Origin: the human T2T-CHM13v2.0 reference genome, Homo sapiens
Reading direction: 5' to 3' (one strand)
Length of the DNA: 64,000 nt
NCBI RefSeq assembly: GCF_009914755.1
Contig: NC_060930.1
Shown piece by piece: positions 59,131 to 64,000 of the stretch (its first letter is position 1; the number at the start of each line of letters is the position of its first letter). The notes beneath the pieces are model-generated. The model was not told the origin of the DNA and searched no databases. It worked only from the letters and a program-made list of their open reading frames with translations. The position numbers were made by a program, and so were the translations under genes.

Positions 59131-61519
59131 AAACTCATCAAATAGTAGACTTGTAAAATAGAAATTAGTGAATTTTAGCATACATAAATCCTACCCCAAT
59201 AAAACTGATTTTTAAAATTTAGGAAGCAGTTTAGGCCCAGGAGATATGAGTTCACCCTTACACATTTTGCTTGTCCCTCATTATAATCGAATGAGAAGCT
59301 CTACAGATACTGAAATAATTTTTCTGCAGATTTTTAGAAATATTCAATTTTTTGAATTAATTCAGCATTGTTACTGAAAAACCTGATGTGATCTTAATGC
59401 CTGATTCTTTGTGACCATTTTTATTCCTCTGAAAGTTTTTAGTCACTAAATTAGGTTCTTATAATAAGCCCATTAAAACTGGAAAATTAAGTCCTTTTCT
59501 AGGAAGTTTTCATGCACGCTTTATTTAAAATTTTTTCCTGTCTGTTTTCTCTATTCTCTTTTCCTAGAACTCCAGAAAGATATTGGGACTCCAGAAAACA
59601 CCTTCCCATCTTATCTAATAGTTGTCTGTCTTTTTGTCTTTTCATTCTAGGAGAGGGCCTTTATCTTCCAACTCTTTCTGAAGTCTTTGTTTCAGATTTC
59701 TTATCTGTAATTCCAAAGAGTTTTTTCTTGTTCTCGAATTGTTCATCTTCTCTAAGGACGCTATTGTAATTCGATTCCTTTTCCTCCAATCCCTGCAGGT
59801 GTGTCCCTTCTAGAGATAATGCCACTTTCAGCCTCTCATGTTGAAAGTTGTCCTTGGATGCATGGTGATCACCTTAGCTGTTTGTTCATATTTAACTAAG
59901 ATAGGGGCCTTAAAATTGGCTGTCCTGTAAGCATGGGTAGAACGTGTTGAGTGGTTGCCTTCAGAAAATGATAAAGCAGCAGAAAGATGATTTTTCCTTT
60001 GGGAAAATGTCAATGTCTGAAGGTGTTTTCTCTTGAGAATTTACAGTCCCTCCAAGGGTGAATTTTCCATCCCCCTGCGTAGGAAGAACATCCCGATTTC
60101 TGGTGTTCCAGGCAGAGAGCAAGGGAAGCAGGCTGATGCAAGGAAGCATCATTCTTCCCAACGTTCCCTTGTAACTCCCATTTTGAGCCCAAATATCATC
60201 CTTGCCTTCCACTGAGCCCTGTGTCCCTGACTCTGAAGGCTCTTAAATCAGGATTTTGAAGAAAATGGTTCTTCCCCTGAAACAGAATGCTGTGAATAAG
60301 ACTGTCCTGGAGGGGCAGAGTGGAAATAGATGCTGTGGGGGAGGGGAGGGGCTGTCAAATGCCATGACCAGGTTCATCATCGCCTCTCTCCTCCCCTCTA
60401 CCTTTCTCCCTGGTTTCCATAGAGCAGAAATCTGGGTCAAGGTGGAGTGCATTGGATCAAGAGTTGCTATGATTTGGGAAAAGCTCTGCAGGATAAGTCG
60501 TGAGTTGAGTGGAATGTGGTTTTGCAGAATAAAGGAAAGGCTAAGGAGAGAAAAACAAGAGGAGCAGCTGAGGGCAGCCCGAAGGGCACCAGCTCCAAGG
60601 TGCAGGCCGAGCTCCTCGGGGAGGCCAGCGTGGCTGGAATGTAGGGTGGCAGCAAAAAGAGAGCACTCCACACAGAGAAAGGGACTTGCAGGATTTCTTT
60701 CAAGGGGCTGTCAATCTCCAGCATAGGCCCTTTCCCAAAGGTAACCTGGGAACGTAGAAGATGTGCACTGAGACATTTTAAGAAACCCAAGAGTAAAAGG
60801 GGGTGCTTTTATGGACATGTGTGGCTGTAGGAGGAGGCCTGGGCTTAGAGCAAGAGCAGCTACAGACGATAACATGGGCAAGGAATCCTCAGGGTTCTGC
60901 TCCTGCCCTCGAGCCTCTGCTTCACGTGTCCTCAGGAATAAAATCAGACCTTGCAGAAACTCAATCTGGGTGAGGAGCTGAAAAAATATATAAGTTGAAA
61001 TTTTAAAGCTGCAGGCTTCTCACTCCTTCTCCAAATCCCAGGGCTAGAGAATTATATTCTAAGAGCATCTATCTCTCCTAATTCTGCTTCTCTCTAGAGG
61101 GCAAAAGTCAGGACCTGATTTTAGGAGTTGTTTTTCAGAGTAGGGAGCTCAGCACCTCATGCATTCACCCCCTCCTCCCTGAGCCCCTGGGAACTCTCCG
61201 GTGTGGAGCTGGAGGAAAAACCAGTACAGTACTCTCTCAGGAAAACAAGCTCAGAGGCGGAATCAACAAGACAGCTGACGAACACATCCTCTTCAAGAGA
61301 GGCCAGGGGTAAGGAGGATGGCTAAACTCAAGTTCTTATCTCATAGGGAGGGAAATTAATATTCATTTTTTTCAAAAGCAAGAAAAGATAAAAAAAGAAA
61401 ACTTGAGATAAAGAAGGTAGAAACAGGTCTAATATATCAATAATTAAATAATTATAAATGATTATATTTATAATATATAATATAATAATTATAAATAATA
61501 AATGTATTTGGAAGGAATT

Positions 61520-63230
61520 CACCACTCACTTGATTAACAAATTGAATTTTTAAAATCCAGATATGTGCTATTTATAAGAGACACTCAAGCATAAGGACAT
61601 ACAACAGTTGAAAGCAAAAGGATGGAAAATGACATGGTAGGCAAATATGAACAAAAAGAAAGCTGTGTAGCATATTAGTATCATATGAGCCAGGCTCCTA
61701 GACAGGAAACATTATTAGGGATCCAGAGGATCACTACAAAGTAGTAAAACTTTAATTCATCAAGAAGAGAACAAGCCGGGTATGGTGGCTCACGCCTGTA
61801 ATCCCAGCATTTTAGGAGGCCAAGATGGGCAGATTGCTTGAAGTCAGAAGTTCAAGACCAGCCTGGCCAACATGGCAAAACCCTGTCTCTACTAAAAAGT
61901 ACAAAAATTAGCCAGGCATGGTGGTGAGCACCTGTAGTCCCAGCTACTCAGGAGGTTGAGGCAGGAGAATCACTTGAACCTGGGAGGGGGATGTTGCAGT
62001 GAGCCAAGATCATGCCACCGTACTCCAGACTGGGAGACAGAGCGAGACTGTCAAAAAAAAAAGAGAGACAACAACTTTAAACATAAATGCACAAAATAAA
62101 ATAGCCTCAAGTATATTAGGTAAAATTTTTTGGAACTAAGTGAATTTAGCATGGCTTTCTCAGTTACTGATAGATGAAGAAGACAAAAAAATCAGCAAGG
62201 ATATTAAAAATATGAACCACTCAATTTCAAGTTATGACCCACTCAGCTGACATCTAATGGATATATTGAGTTCCTTCAAGTATTAGAGAATATACATTTT
62301 TCTCAAGAACACATGGAATATATGCAAAAATTTGAGCATGTACTAAGCCATAAAGAAAGTCTCAACACATTTTGAACTTAGATATGAAGCAGACTAGGAA
62401 CTCTGACCACAATGAAATTAAATTAGAAGTTTAAAGTATACATTTTAAATGACTACATATTTAGCAGTACTGCTAAACAACACATGGGTTAAAGGAGAAA
62501 TATCATAATAAAAAATGTAATATATCTAAAACTGAATGACAATAAAAATAGCAAATATCAAAATTGCTCGGATGCAGCCAACGTGTACTCTGAGGGAAGT
62601 TAATAGATAATTACGTATATTAGAATGAAATAAAATCCCAAAATTATTGAGCTAAGTGTTAGTCTTAAGAAGTGAGGAGGAACCAACAAACTCAAAGACA
62701 TTAGAATTCAGAACATAAAAATAGGAGCCAAAATCAACAAAGTAGAAAACAGAAATACAATGGAGAAGAATCAAAAGGCTAAGAACTGGTTCGCCACTAA
62801 AACTAACAATACAGATAAACTTTTCAAGATTTGTCAAGACAAGAAGATAGAAGTCACAATAAGTAATATTATGAATGAAATGGGGGGTGTTATTATACAT
62901 AAAGTATCCATAATACATAATAAGAGAATATGACCAAAAACAATATGCCAAAAATTTTGAAAACTTAGATAAATATCTACAAAACATAATTTATTAAAAC
63001 TGACTTAAGCAAAAAACCAAAAGGTAAAACTTGAATAATGCTATAATTATTAAAGAAAAATTATTCTCACACACACACAAAAAGTACCAAGCCCCCATGG
63101 GTTTACAGGTGAGGTGAAATTTTCAAGGACCAGATCATCTAGACAAAAGAAATTCTTCCGGACAAAAGAAAAATTCTTCCAGACAAAAGAAAATGAGGGA
63201 TTACTCCCTAACTCCTCTTATAAGGGGAGA
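61520..63230 (+). mobile_element. Old L1ME ORF2 5' part (endonuclease region)
   Basis: ccagatatgtgctatttataagagacac...gaaagcaaaaggatggaaaa (degenerate ICCLQETH/LKVKGWK); ctctgaccacaatgaaattaaattagaa (SDHN.IKLE). Confidence 0.8.
61774..62062 (+). mobile_element. AluS
   Basis: Full dimer. Confidence 0.95.
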
Positions 63231-63259
63231 TGTTAAAGGAGAATGGACAGTGAACACAA

Positions 63260-63990
63260 TTAAGAAAAATCGCTGCCCCATGGAACTTACGTTCTAGGGT
63301 GAGTATGGGAGGGACACACAGTAAATAGGTAAAAGATACAGTATGATAGATGGTGGTAACTGTTACGGAGAAAACTAAAACAAGAAAGACCCAGGGGAAG
63401 TGGGTGATGCCATTTTAAGTAGGATGGTCAGGGTGGACCTCACATTTCAGGAAGACCTGAAGGAGGTGAGAGAAAGAGACCCATTTTTGACTGGAGGAAG
63501 AACAGCGCAGTCAGAGGGAGCAGGAAGTGCGAAGGCCCTGAGGTGGGAACACCACTGGCATGTGCAGGGGTGAGACAGAGGAGTGTATGACTGGGAGAGG
63601 GCAGGTAACAGGAAGGAGAGTAGGAAATGAGGGGCCAGACCTCGACTGTGACTCAAGAGAGTGCAGCACAGGAGTGGCAGGATCTGGCTTACATTTTTGC
63701 AGGATCACCCTGCTATTATGTTGAAAATGCACTGAAGGAGTGACGGTGGAAGCAGACCCTTTAGGAGGCTATTGCAGCAATCCGGACAGGAGATGATGGC
63801 GGCTCAGATGAGGTGGTGCCGTGGAGGAGGAGGGCTTACATTCTGGGCAAACCTGAAAGATGCAGTCTACAGGATTTACTCGTGGATTGAATTGGGGTGA
63901 GAAAGACAGAAGGAGTCCTGGGGGATCCAGGGCTTTGTTTGGGCTGGAGCAACTGGAAGGATGAAGTTTCTGTTGAATTTGATCCTTCAA
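63260..63990 (-). mobile_element. L2a-type LINE, 3' region
   Basis: tgccccatggaacttacgttctag...gcgaaggccctgagg...ttaggaggctattgcagcaatcc. Confidence 0.85.
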
Positions 63991-64000
63991 ACCACAAAGA

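Noticed and set aside
60243-60790. Overlapping ORFs of 107-156 aa
   Set aside because: No domain or convincing splice architecture; they lie among old L1 remnants and are likely chance.
63138-63195. About 21-bp unit repeated about 2.7 times (agacaaaagaaattcttcc)
   Set aside because: A small slippage repeat in a decayed L1 with no sign of function.

Overview
Primate (very likely human) non-coding DNA made up mostly of interspersed repeats. It holds about 30 Alu copies or fragments (J, S and Y ages), several L1 blocks (L1PB, L1MA/MB, L1M/ME), L2 and MIR, a near full-length Tigger1 plus small hAT/Tigger elements, and about 14 LTR elements (HERV-W LTR17, LTR12, LTR2, LTR47, LTR10, MER57, LTR33, LTR16, MLT1s). 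I can support no protein-coding gene, tRNA or rRNA: the ORF track consists of Alu/L1/Tigger remnants or chance ORFs. Unique sequence at about 12.4-15.8 kb, 41.5-41.9 kb and 52.4-52.8 kb looks regulatory or lncRNA-exon-like. The most notable items are: an L1-mobilised, poly(A)-tailed HERV-W LTR fragment inside an L1 with an apparent target-site deletion; a perfect 38-bp palindrome; several young local duplications; abutting inverted Alus; and 11 consecutive LTRs all on the minus strand. I see no convincing novel biological system. Repeat family names come from my recollection of consensus sequences, not from a search; subfamily calls and boundaries (about +/-20 bp for old elements) need RepeatMasker/Dfam confirmation.
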